DNA of 64,000 bases from Octopus vulgaris (Eukaryota). The notes under the pieces were generated by a model. The model searched no databases. It was not told where the DNA came from and saw only the letters and a program-made list of their open reading frames with translations. The stretch lies in the NCBI GenBank assembly GCA_951406725.2, contig OX597839.1:11904001-11968000 (forward strand), written 5' to 3'. This document shows, piece by piece, positions 39,183 to 52,081 of the stretch. The position numbers and the translations under genes were made by a program. Each line of letters opens with the position of its first letter. Positions within the stretch are counted from its first letter, which is position 1.

Positions 39183-39346
39183 TATACGACAGGCTTCTTT
39201 CAGTTTCTGTCTATCAAATCCACTCATAAGGCCTTGTTCGGCCCGTGGCTATAGTAGAAGACACTTGCCCAAGTTGCCATGCAGTGGGACTGAACCCGGA
39301 ACCATGTGGTTGGTAAGCAAGCTACTCACCACACAGCCACTCCTGC
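39183..39346 (-). mobile_element. SINE family A, 5' half
   Basis: Reverse complement of the head. Confidence 0.88.
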
Positions 39347-39606
39347 GTTTTCTTTTATTTTACATTAATCATTGCTTTATTCATTTATTTTTGCATTTTA
39401 ATTTTCCATTTTATAGTTTTCCAAACAATTTACGATTGGCGAACATACAATCTGTTTCGTAATTGAAATTATGTGCCTGCCTTGCATGAAACTGCAGACT
39501 TCGGAGCCTCCAGCATACTTTGCCGCTATATCGCACCACCACTCCACCGCTCCAGCTACCACTACCTCACATACAAATCACAAAAACAAAGACAAAACAA
39601 TAATAC

Positions 39607-39642
<36 letters not shown>

Positions 39643-39744
39643 TGTGTGTGTGTATCTGTATATGTATGTACATATTTATAAATATATGTTTGTGTGTGAC
39701 TGTATTATAACACAAACATACACATAAATCATCATGTATTTTTC

Positions 39745-39784
<40 letters not shown>

Positions 39785-40416
39785 CGCGCGTATATATATA
39801 TATATATATATGGATATATATGTATGCATATATTTGTTTTTGTATATAAGAAAGTGAAACTGTAACATATAAATCCATTAATCCGCCATGTTACTTTAAT
39901 TAATGACTCTCGTATATTGTAGTACTCTTTCTCTCTCTTCTCTTTCTTGTCCTCTTTTTCACCCTCCTCCTCTCTGCCATCACTATCATCCCCTCATTCG
40001 GCTTTTTGCCTTCTCCTCTTCTTCCACCTCCTCCTCCTCTCCTCTTCTCCATTTTCGCCCCATCGTCGTCTCCTCTCCAAACCTCATCCCCCTCCACCGT
40101 CTATCCGCTCCATCTTCTCCCCCCCTCCATCTTCTCCTCTCCCTCTATCTCCACCCCCTTCTCTCTCCTGCTTGAACAACACCAAACATTAATTGTCAAC
40201 ATCTAATTCGGTGAGGAATAAAAAATAAAAAATAATGAAAAAAATAGTTTTATTCTTCTTTTATCGTTTATGAAGCTCTGTGCGGTAACATTTTCACCCC
40301 AGTGACTCATTCGAATGACAATCAAATGATAAAATATACATACATACATGCATATATACACACACATACATGAATACATACCTATACATGCATAGATACA
40401 TGTATGCATATATATA

Positions 40417-40452
<36 letters not shown>

Positions 40453-40685
40453 TACACACATACTTACATATATACATACACACATACATACATAGATACA
40501 CACATATATAGATGCACACATACGCACACATATAGATACACACACACGTACATACATAGATACACACACATACATATATAGATACACACACATACATATA
40601 TAGATACACACACACGTACATAGATACACACACATACGTATATAGATACATAAACACATACATACATAGATATACACACACACAC

Positions 40686-40744
<59 letters not shown>

Positions 40745-40839
40745 CACACACACACAAATACATTATATTTATATACACACTCATATATAAACACATTATA
40801 AACCACGATTAAAACATATTTGAAACATGACAGGAGGTG

Positions 40840-41500
40840 CAGGGGCCGGTTGTTAAATTCAGATATATCGTCTTCCCAGAAATCTCATCAATAAACGGTT
40901 TATGTGATAAATATTAGGATAAAGCATATGAGAAATATAATGTAGCTAATGTACGGCGGAGAAGAGGAAAAAGAAGAAAACGCTTGTTAAATTCCTCTCA
41001 TATCGGGGCTTCTTCCACAATATCTCATCAATAAATTCTTATGCGAATAATGTGATAAACCATATGTGAAATATAATACAACGAACGATGGTATATGATG
41101 ATGATAAATTCAATTTTAAATAGTCTTGTAATCCCAAACAACAGACATTGATAAACATGACCATTCACGTGAACAATACGATAAAATAAATGTTGTGAAG
41201 AGGCCGCTTCGATAAATTTCTCTTGTAATATCTGCTTTTTCCCCACGTCGTTATCGCAAGCATGCGATACGAAACGATAAATTTTATGTTCAACGAAGAT
41301 GGCTGGTAAATTGAGCTACAACTAAGTACCATATGTGAAATACGATATTGCTAATAACATTTAAGGAGATTGTTTGATAAATTCGCCTTTATTATTACTT
41401 TCTGTGATATCATCAATAAAGATCCATGTGATAAACACAATATATTGATGTTTAACGAGAAGCTTTATAAATGCAGTACAATTTTTTTTTTTTTTTGCTT
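40840..41500. repeat. Degenerate modular tandem repeat of unknown origin
   Basis: Recurring tcatcaataaa, atgtgataaa, catatgtgaaata and ttgttaaattc modules. Confidence 0.55.
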
Positions 41501-41586
41501 TCCTTTCTTATACGATACGTCGTCAAGGGAACAGTTATATGATACTCCAATGTTTTGTGCGATTTCAAAATTAAACATATATAAAT

Positions 41587-41748
41587 AGGTGTAGGCGTGG
41601 CAGTGTGGTAAGATATTTGTTTCCCAACCATATGGTTCTGGGTTCAGTCCCACAGCGAGGCACTTTGGGCAAGTGTCTTCTTCTATAGGCCTCGCACCGA
41701 CCATAGCTGTCAAAGTAGATTTGGTAAACGGAAACAGAAAGAAGCTGT

Positions 41749-41813
<65 letters not shown>

Positions 41814-41964
41814 GATGGGCTTCTTTCAGTTTCTGCCTGCCAAATCCACTCACAAGGGATTGGTCGGGACGAGGCTATAGCAGAAGACACTTGGCTAAGG
41901 TGCCACGCAGTGTGACTGAAGCCATGAGGTTGGGAGGCCAGCTTCTTACCACACAGCCACTCCT
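41587..41964. mobile_element. Two family A 5' halves in inverted orientation around (TA)n
   Basis: Plus copy at 41587-41752, minus copy at 41810-41964. Confidence 0.85.
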
Positions 41965-41979
41965 GACCTATATATATAT

Positions 41980-42066
<87 letters not shown>

Positions 42067-42124
42067 CACATATATATATATGTATGTGTGTGTGTGTGTA
42101 TATATATATAACTATAGAACTATA

Positions 42125-43184
42125 CAGTGGTGGTGGGGGAGCATAACGTGGAAAATGATAGATAATTCACCAAATTGTTTATATTACACCACCAGCAACC
42201 TGTCATAAATATAATTTTAACACAAGTTTATAGCAGTATAAAGAGACAATTTATTGAATATGTCTACCACAGCTTTCACACGCCGCCTCAAGGCGTCATG
42301 ACACTTCCTGATGAAGTACTCAGACATGTTGTCCCACTCTTCCCTCGGGATTTGCTTAAAATGAACAAAACTTGGATGCAAAGTTCTGTTGGTAGAGTGC
42401 TTCAATTTGCCCCATACAGCATAGTCCAGGGAGTTCAAGTCTGGGCCGGAAGAAAGGTAGAAGCCGGTAGGCTAAAAGTCTGCGAAGTTGTCTTTGTAGA
42501 ATTTCTGCACTTTATTCGCCGTATGAGCAGGAGAAGCATCTTGGGTCCACACATAATTACTGTTGGGGTAGTTAGACTTCAGCCCAGACAAAACCTTATA
42601 CCGCAGGACTTTATAATAAATGTCAGCCCCCACATCTTTTCTCCAGACTTGAAAAAATGGAGAAGCATCTTTTTATCGTCAGACGTCACTACCAGTATCA
42701 TGACATGAGCTGGGGGCTTGGTCCCAAAGACGCCCTTTACTTCAAAATGTGACTTAGCAATGCGACGTTTTAAAACAGCATCAAAGGTAAAGATATTTCC
42801 ATCTGAAAAGATTTTGACTGTTTGTTCATTGTGCTTCAGGTATCGCAACACTTTTTTGGCCCTTTCATGCCTTTTGGCGTTCATTGCATGAGTCAATAGG
42901 TGTCTCGGAGTCCTCACGTAAGATCCCAAATATAAATCAGTGTGTACAACTTTTCTTAACGTCGTAGACATTGCACACAGAGACCCCAACTACGGCTAAT
43001 TGTAATCCAGCACGGAACAAATCTGCAAAGCGTTGTCTCTTGGCTTAAGTGGACATGTTAGATCGTATGACTTAAATTAGCTCTACATACACCCACCTTG
43101 AAATAGAAAACATTATTTTAGTTACGCTCAGGGATATATGAAAAATAGGCCTCCAAAATATTTAAAGTTTTGCTTCCCAGCCTA
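42125..43184 (-). mobile_element. maT-like (DD37D) Tc1/mariner transposon remnant
   Basis: IFSD.., WTQDASPAH and GPDLNSLDYAVW with 37 residues between the second and third Asp. Stops, frameshifts and degenerate TIRs in TA context. Confidence 0.88.
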
Positions 43185-43204
43185 TATATATATATATATA
43201 TATA

Positions 43205-43466
43205 TATAATAAATGAAATAAAACATATGCATATATATAAACATATATGTACGTACCTACCTCTACATGTACATATACACGCATTTATGAGTACAGGACA
43301 CCAAAGGGACGTCGAACACAAAGAGAAACGAAAACATAGACACAAACCAAAGGAAATGGACATGTTTTTAAAAACAACAAAAAATGGAGTACAGGACAAT
43401 TAACACAAAACCCCTTCTTCAGTCGCTATGGTTTCATCTACTCTACGTTTCGAAGGATAAAAGCGA
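43205..43466 (-). mobile_element. PLE-like fragment ending at the predicted hammerhead cleavage site
   Basis: Close homolog of 44969-45335. Similarity stops after plus-strand aaaagcga (43466). Confidence 0.75.
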
Positions 43467-43515
43467 TAGTATGTATGTATAGTATGTATGTATGTATGTA
43501 TGTATGTGTGTATGT

Positions 43516-43583
<68 letters not shown>

Positions 43584-43625
43584 ATGTATGTATGTATGTA
43601 TGTATGTATGTATGTATGTATGTGT

Positions 43626-43972
43626 GGAGGCGCAATGGCCCAGTGGTTAGGGCAGGGACTCGCGGTCGTAGTATCACGGTTTCGATTCCCAGACCGGGCG
43701 TTGTGAGTGTTTATTGAGCGAAAACACCTAAAGCTCCACGAGCCTCCGGCAGGGGGTGGTGGTGGTCCCTGCTGTACTCTTTCGTCACAACTTTCTCTCA
43801 CTCTTTCTTCTGTTGGTCTGCTTGCTTAGCCAGCGGGGTGGAGTCATTTGAAGGCTAAAACAATGCGAAGTGCATTGTGACCAGCGATGTGTAGCAACAA
43901 ACAATGCGAAGCGCATTGTGACCAGCGATGTGTAACAACAACTGATAGCCTGGTCGGTCACGGTGATCACGG

Positions 43973-43975
<3 letters not shown>
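43626..43975 (+). mobile_element. SINE family C relative with a different tail
   Basis: ggaggcgcaatggcccagtggttagg...gtttcgattccc. Shares acacctaa(a)gctccacg with the 35858 copy. Confidence 0.88.
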
Positions 43976-44041
<66 letters not shown>

Positions 44042-44045
<4 letters not shown>

Positions 44046-44270
44046 TTAGAAGTAGAAATGTAGTCTACAGCATAAGGTGCATAGAGGGTGCTTGTAAAGA
44101 CAACAGCATGACATACATCGGAGACTAAATGCTCATTTGAGACAATATGACGACAAAAAAACAGTCCTCCATACTCTACCAACATGCCAAAGACCAACAA
44201 AGAGGCATACTGAGTCGACTTGACATTTTATCCAAACACCCGAAGGACCCAACACTCTGTCGAATGTAAA
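44042..44270 (+). pseudogene. Penelope-like GIY-YIG endonuclease fragment
   Basis: RNVVYSIRCIEGACKDNSMTYIG, then HLRQY..K/QSSILYQH..ILSKHPKDPTL. Directly follows a (TA)n tract. Confidence 0.75.
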
Positions 44271-44352
44271 TAATGTAAATAAAATTCTGCAGTTTATATT
44301 TATCTGTTCTCTGTTTTAGTGTTTGTTCAGTATGTGTGAATGTGCGCGTATG

Positions 44353-44403
<51 letters not shown>

Positions 44404-44897
44404 GTATGTGTGTATGCGCGCGTATATAAGCGTATGTTTATATGTACCTGGGTGTGAGTGAGGGTGTTGCTTTATGTTTACGTTAAAATGTATACGCAAG
44501 TGTTTGTTTTATGTGAATGTACACCACCAGTAAATCTATCTTACATTAGTATTGTTTTTTAAACGCTATCTGTTCGCTTCTATTAATTACCTAGGCCTGT
44601 AATTTAGAGCAGGTCTAGACAGTTTAAGACAGTTCTACTGGGGCTTGTGTTTATTATAAATTGCGGTAAACTACAACTGTATCTGTGGACAGAAAAAGGA
44701 ACAATGTTACCTTATCTTTATCAATGTGTATTTTTATCAGCCTGAAAACATATCTATCTGTTCAGATATCTACATACATATAAGGGAGATGACCACTAAG
44801 TGGACATCCATTATGCTAGAGGTAGACCCCATATGGTCTGACCACTATATCTGTATAGCTTTCATTCTATCCATCTGTCAGCTCATCCATCTTGACA

Positions 44898-44971
<74 letters not shown>

Positions 44972-45153
44972 AATAAAATATATGCATATATATAAACATA
45001 TATGTACGTACCTACCTCTATACATATACACGCATATATGTGTACAGGACACCAAAAAGACGTCGAACACATAGAGAGACGAAAAACATAGACACAAACC
45101 AAGGAACAAGACAGGCAAAAAAAAGGAGATACAGGACAATAAGCACAACGAAA

Positions 45154-45216
45154 ATCCCCTTCTTCAGTCGCTAAAGTTTCATCTACTAAACGTTTCGAAG
45201 GATAAAAGCGAGACGT
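45154..45216 (-). ncRNA. Candidate non-circularly permuted hammerhead ribozyme in a PLE-like fragment (44969-45335)
   Basis: ACGU-C-UCGCU-uuu-AUCCUUC-GAAA-CGU-(17 nt)-AGCGA-CUGAAGA-AGGGGAU. GUC triplet; all core nucleotides present. Confidence 0.75.
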
Positions 45217-45345
45217 ATACTTCGAATGAAAAATTCCTTCCTGCGAAAAGCAAATCAATTAAAATTCTGAGATCTTGTCGCAGAGGGTAAAAAGCAAGAC
45301 GGTAACGACAGTACAAACATATAAACAGTAAAAAATATGTATATA

Positions 45346-45385
<40 letters not shown>

Positions 45386-45442
45386 TATATATATATATTT
45401 ATATATATATATATATATATTACCTATGTATATGTCCGTCTG

Positions 45443-45493
<51 letters not shown>

Positions 45494-45512
45494 CTCTCTC
45501 TCTCTCTCTATC

Positions 45513-45546
<34 letters not shown>

Positions 45547-46076
45547 CCTCTCTCCCTCTCTATCTATTTATCTAAATACACAAACAGACACGTACCCGTA
45601 CATATATTAATATGTACTTTGCATGTTATTTTAGCCTTGCAATCCCCTAAACTAATAACAGCTAAAGTTTTTGAATTACCTCGTTCTCATCTGCTGGATA
45701 TTTATCTAACTAAAATATCGAGGCCGTTAAAAAATCCTTATTCACGTGTAGCAGGCGCCCCTTCTTTCTCTTCTTGATGACGGCTGCCTGTGTATTACTA
45801 AAGATGTTTGTATGTGAGTCTTGAGTGATTTGTGGTGAGGGTGGGGGAAGTGATTGTTCACACTCTTACGCTATTTAATACGCTGTCGCCAACTCAACAC
45901 TTCCGACCCTTCCCTCATCCTTTCATTACAATGTCAGACGTGTTAACCTTAACAAACTTTATACGTTCCTTTCTCAAAACATCCCCAGCGAAATGTCACG
46001 TTCGCTTTTACAACCCGTATTGTGTTTATTTGTTAGTTGGTTGCTTGGTTAATCTTTCATTCTTATCTATTTTTCT

Positions 46077-46149
<73 letters not shown>

Positions 46150-46236
46150 TTAGCTATCTATCTATCCAGCCGTCTGTCTGTCTCTTTCAGTCAATCTGTC
46201 TCTCTCTCTCATTCTATCTATCTATCTATCTATCTA

Positions 46237-46297
<61 letters not shown>

Positions 46298-46317
46298 ATT
46301 TAGCTAGCTATCCAGCC

Positions 46318-46350
<33 letters not shown>

Positions 46351-46749
46351 ATTCACTCTCTCTTTTTATCTGTGTGTCTATCTTTGCTTTTCTCTTTCTC
46401 TTACACCCACAAATATGTATACAAACACATTAACAAAGACCTGCGCATTTACACACACACACAAACGCACAATCAGTCCCTATCTGTAGATACACTGAGA
46501 ATTATGTTTGTGCGTGTATGTGTATCTTTGCATTTAGACTCGTAGACGAGACAATTGAATATAGACAAAAAGCGCACAAGCGCAGAAAACATTTATGGCT
46601 TTCATAATTGAAACGAAAATGAGCCGAGGGTCATCACTCAAAGTGGCCAGTGGCATGGATATAAATTATAATAAGGAATAAAGTTATATCTAATATCGTT
46701 ACAAGATAAAAAGAAATTAAGATTAGCCCCTCTTCTCACTAGGAGTTGA

Positions 46750-47005
46750 TCGCAATTAACGTGCAAGTGACTGAGCACTCCACAGACACGTGTACCCCTA
46801 ACGTAGTTCTCAGGGAGATTCAGCGTGACACAGAGTGTGACAAGGCCGACCCTTTGAAATACAGGTACAACTCATTTTTGCCAGCTGAGTGGACTGGAGC
46901 AACGTGAAATAAAGTGTCTTGCTCAAGGACACAACGCGTCGCCGGGAATCGAACGCGCGACTTTACAATCGTGAGCCGAATGCCGTAACGACGAAGCCAC
47001 GCGCT
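46750..47005 (-). mobile_element. SINE family D
   Basis: Reverse complement of the tRNA head, tccttgagcaagacactt and body. Confidence 0.88.
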
Positions 47006-47287
47006 ACTACTACTACTATGATAAATAGTGCACTCGTGTTTATGTATAAATCCCACTTTCACCCCATGTTTTCCTTTCCTTGTCACTTCTTGTTCACGTA
47101 TGAGGATTCCACAGTCTTGCGTTCTTCATCAGTTGCAGCCTGTTCTTTTTTGTTTATAACTCAGAGGATGTAAAAAAAACTCTGCTGTCGCTCATTCATT
47201 TCTGTTTTTAACTTCACTCTGATGAAAGACTCAATCCAAAACGTTAAATTTTGCACACCCTACGGCAAGTTGACTGTACATGTTATG

Positions 47288-47328
<41 letters not shown>

Positions 47329-47357
47329 ATGTGAGTGCGTATGTAATATATACATAA

Positions 47358-47394
<37 letters not shown>

Positions 47395-48023
47395 CTTACA
47401 TATATACACATACATAAATATATATATATAAATATATATATATATGTATGTGTGTGTGTGCGTAAGTGGGATTGTGTGTGTGTTATATAAACGCATACGT
47501 TCATACTCATTTAAGAAATTTATTGTTCTCGTATATTTTCTAGTATTAATAAATATGCATGAGAGATTACATATACTTATAAAAAACGCATATTTACACA
47601 CGTACACACATACACACACATACATACATGTGTACATGCACGCATACATATAGACGCACGCACATACATACACACATACATAAATACAACGTTCACTGCT
47701 TTATCGAGACAGGCTTCATAAAATTCTTCGTCCAACTTAGTTTGTACTGTATGTGTGTGTGTGTGTATGTGTGTGTGTGTGTGTGTGTGTATGTGTGTGT
47801 GTACATGTATATTTATATATGTAAGTGTATGAATGTGTTTGTATGTATGCATGCACCTATATGTGATAGGTGCTAACATGAAACTGTATATACATGAGTG
47901 TATGCATGCTTGCATACATGAGTCTTGCATATATGAGTGTGCGTATGCGTGTGTGTGTATGCGTGTGTGTGTGTGTGTATGAATAGATAGACATATATAT
48001 GCATACATACACACGTACGTGCA

Positions 48024-48054
<31 letters not shown>

Positions 48055-48133
48055 GTATATATACAATTATGTTTATGTATCCCTTTGTCTATTTTTCTTC
48101 CTCCCTCTATCTGTCTGTCTGTCTATTTGTCTG

Positions 48134-48196
<63 letters not shown>

Positions 48197-49247
48197 GTTT
48201 GTCAGTCTACCTACCTACCTCCCTACCTACCTACCTACCTACCTACCTATCTATATGCTTATCGGCGATCAGTAATGCTGACTAGACTACCATAAAACGT
48301 AAAAAGTTTTTTTTAAAACTTGAAAACTAATGAGAATGTGCCACACACAAATACGCACATATATGCACACACATATACAAATTCACACACACACATATAC
48401 AAATTCACACACACACACACACGTAAATGTATGGTCATAAATATAAGCAATGTGCAACACGTACAGACCACGTAGACACCCTACCATATCTAATATACAT
48501 ATATACCATATATATATGTATATATATATAGGCATCAGCATCCACATATATGCAGAGTTTCCAATAAAATATCAAGCCATGACGTATATATTGATCTCCG
48601 GATCAAAATATCGGTAAAAATGTTCTTTGAAATCTATGATTAGTCTTCGATTGCACACCGCTTCAAGGAAACAGATGTGGTATAAAATATATAGGTTGAA
48701 AGTTGGAGAGTGACACTTTATAGGTCTTGTTCCACCATCACCACCGCCACCGCCACCACCAATAATAATAATAATAATAACAATAGCAAAAGAAAACAAC
48801 GCCAAAACAACGCCATCACCACCACCTCCATGGTCGCCACTATCGCCTCTACTATAATCATAATCATCGCTACTACCACCACGAACACCACAACGACGAC
48901 GAACTCGACCGCCACCACCACCACCACCATTACCATTACCATCACCATCAACACCAGCACGTCCACTACAAACGTCATCACCGCTACACTTACATCATCA
49001 GCATGAACACCACCATGCCCACTACAATCACCACCGTTACCAACACCATTACCACCACCACCATAGCACCACCATCGACAATTTCTACTATACACCACTG
49101 TCACCACCACCACTACGATCACCACCACCGTCACCGCTAGCACTACCATCACCAGAATCACCACAACCACCTCCACGATCACCATCACAACACCGCCATC
49201 AACCACCACCACCACAGTTACCGCCATCAGCACGACCTCTTTCTTAC

Positions 49248-49385
49248 CTCAGAAAAAGAGAGTTTATAATCTATAAAGCCCGGAAGTTCTTTGGACGGAA
49301 GCTTGCACAAATTGTAAAACACTTTTCCTCTGTTGTAAGCTATAAACTAGAATAGCCGCCATTTTAGATATACGAGAGCAGCTTT
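49248..49385 (-). promoter_or_regulatory. Candidate promoter/enhancer island (YY1 + ETS motifs, downstream splice donor)
   Basis: Plus-strand GCCGCCATTTT at 49355-49365, CCGGAAGT and CGGAAG; minus-strand GAG|GTAAG at 49248/49247. Motif evidence only. Confidence 0.3.
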
Positions 49386-49770
49386 CTTAACTTTTCTTTT
49401 TACTGATTGTCTGTCTGCCTGCCTGTCTATCTGTCTGTCTGTCTATCCATCTCTTCTTTATATGTCTGTATGTCAGCCCCTTTCTCTTTCTCTCTTTTTC
49501 TTTCTGTATATCCAGCATCTTCGTCTCTGTCTCTTTATTGTTTTCTATTTACCATGTTCCCATATTTTTGCTACAGACTTTATCACTGAGTGGAGATATT
49601 TCCGAAGAAGATGTTGATGACGACGACGACGATGAGGAGGAGGGTGAGGATGAAGAGGATAGTGCTCTCCCGTTCTCATTGTCCACAAGAATCCATATAT
49701 ACAGAACAAAATATGCCATGCAAAATGGTTTACAAAAAACATGAAGTGTTGTACACACCCATATGCATTC

Positions 49771-49812
<42 letters not shown>

Positions 49813-49877
49813 TTACACATGCACATACATATACATGTATATAAACACAAATATAAATCAATCAATCAATCAATCTA

Positions 49878-49936
<59 letters not shown>

Positions 49937-50328
49937 AAGGAATTCCAAATCTGTTTTTATGTTTTATTTATATTCCTTATAATATTAATGAAGAATATAG
50001 AATATATAGTATAAATACTATATATAGTAAAATGAAATGAAGTATTGATTGTCTTATTGAATAGATGAAATATTGAATATCAAATATTAAGGGACTAGTA
50101 TACTTTCTTGCATCAAAGCAGTCTTCAAGGTCCCAGGTTGTGACAGGAGTGTTTCAACTATATATATATAGTAATACCTCACTTTATGAGACCTCGGATT
50201 TACGAATGTTATTTTCTGTTTACGAACTTTCGTTTTATGAGCGTTCTCAGGGAACGAATTAACTCATATCGATCATGTATGCATGCATGTGTATATACAT
50301 ACATACCGTATGTATGTATGTATGTATG

Positions 50329-50373
<45 letters not shown>

Positions 50374-50411
50374 ATGTGTGTGTGTGTGTGTGTGTGTGCG
50401 TGCGCGCACCA

Positions 50412-50471
<60 letters not shown>

Positions 50472-50879
50472 GCAAATATGTCTCTATATGTATTCATTTA
50501 TACGCTTCTGGCCGAAGGCTGTGACCATGCTGGGGCACAGCCAATGCATACATGTATCTTTGTGTGTGTGTGTGCGTGAGTGTATGTTCGTGCGTGTTTT
50601 TTTTCTTTGCTTCCCCCTATACTCCATCGCCTGACAACCGGTGTTGGCTTGTTTACGTCTCCGTATCTTAGCGTTTCGGCAAAAGAAGCCGATAGAACAA
50701 GTACCACATTTTGTGGGTTGTGGTGATGGTGAGGAAGAAAGAAAATGGAAATTAAGCGATCAGTGACTCATATGCAATTTTGATCGCATCCGGCTCCAAT
50801 CATTCCCTGCAAATAGGGTCCTCCCTATATTCAGCCTTAGCCGAGCCTTATTGACACCCACATCATTATTTAGATTGAT

Positions 50880-51188
50880 GTTGTTATTTGTTCCTTCTCG
50901 GGCCATGCCTGGCTCATGAGGGCCGGTTCCCCAGTTTCTTGGCGTATAGGTTCTCCACCTGGACGGGACGCCGGTCCGTCGCAGGTGAGCTGCAAGATGC
51001 AGGAGGAAAGAGTGAGAGAAAGTTGTGGCGAAAGAATCAGCAGAAGTTTCGCCATTAGCTTCTGCCTGGAGCTGTGTGGAGCTTAGATGTTTCGCTCATA
51101 AACACACACATCGCCCGGTCTGAGATTCGAACCCACGATCCCTCGACCGCGAGTCCGCTGCTCTAACCACTAGGCCATGTGCCTCCAC
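50880..51188 (-). mobile_element. SINE family C, full length
   Basis: Reverse complement of 35858-36163. Confidence 0.9.
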
Positions 51189-51329
51189 AATTAGATTGAT
51201 GAATCTTCATCTGCAGATAGATCATTTGTGGTCTTCAAATATCAACGATCCTCTGGGGACGCTTGGGGTTGCTGTCTTGTCTCCTCTTAATTTTCTGTGT
51301 TTGTTATTTTGCCTTGGTTGAAGGTCCCA

Positions 51330-51820
51330 AGCTGGCAGAATCATTAACGCGCTGGACAAAGTGCTCATCGGCATTTCCTCTGGCATTACGTTCTGAGTTC
51401 AAATTTCCCTGAACTCCACATTACCTTTCATCCCTTCGTGGGGGTCGACAAGATAAATACCGGACGAATATACGAGCGATGTCATCGACTTACTCCATCT
51501 TCTAAAACTGCAGGCCTTGTGCCAAAATTTGAAACCATTATTATTATTATTGAGTGAGAGAGCAGTGCATGCCATCAAAGTGACACTGGGGTAAAATATA
51601 CGTAACCCATATACCCTTCGTGACTACCCGTCTGATAAGGGTACACTAGGCACATGCAACACAACCATATGTGCGCGACATGGTGAACTCATATAAAGAG
51701 AAACAGCACATGACCTTGCAGGTGGGACCCAGTTAGAAATTTCTTCTGGTCGAGTAACCCAATCCGCTCAAACGGTCCCTGAATAACGGTTGTTTAAGGA
51801 TGTTTTACGAAACACGAAAC
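51330..51820 (+). mobile_element. Decayed family B SINE followed, after (ATT)n, by a family E repeat (51552-51820)
   Basis: Matches other copies in the window. Confidence 0.75.
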
Positions 51821-51821
51821 A

Positions 51822-51865
<44 letters not shown>

Positions 51866-52013
51866 CGATTTCAAATTTTGACAGAAAGCTAGAAAATTTG
51901 GAGGAGGGGCAAGTCGATTATATCGACCCCAGTGTTCATCTGGTACTTATTCTATCGATCCTGAAAGGACGAATGGTAAAGACGAATTATTATATATTAT
52001 ATCAATAATTCAG

Positions 52014-52081
<68 letters not shown>

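Noticed and set aside
40840-41500. Decayed C2H2 zinc-finger array
   Set aside because: No 84-bp periodicity or CxxC/HxxxH/TGEKP pattern could be recovered.
49595-49665. Acidic exon-like stretch (SEEDVDDDDDDEEEGEDEED)
   Set aside because: Trinucleotide low complexity, no convincing splice sites.
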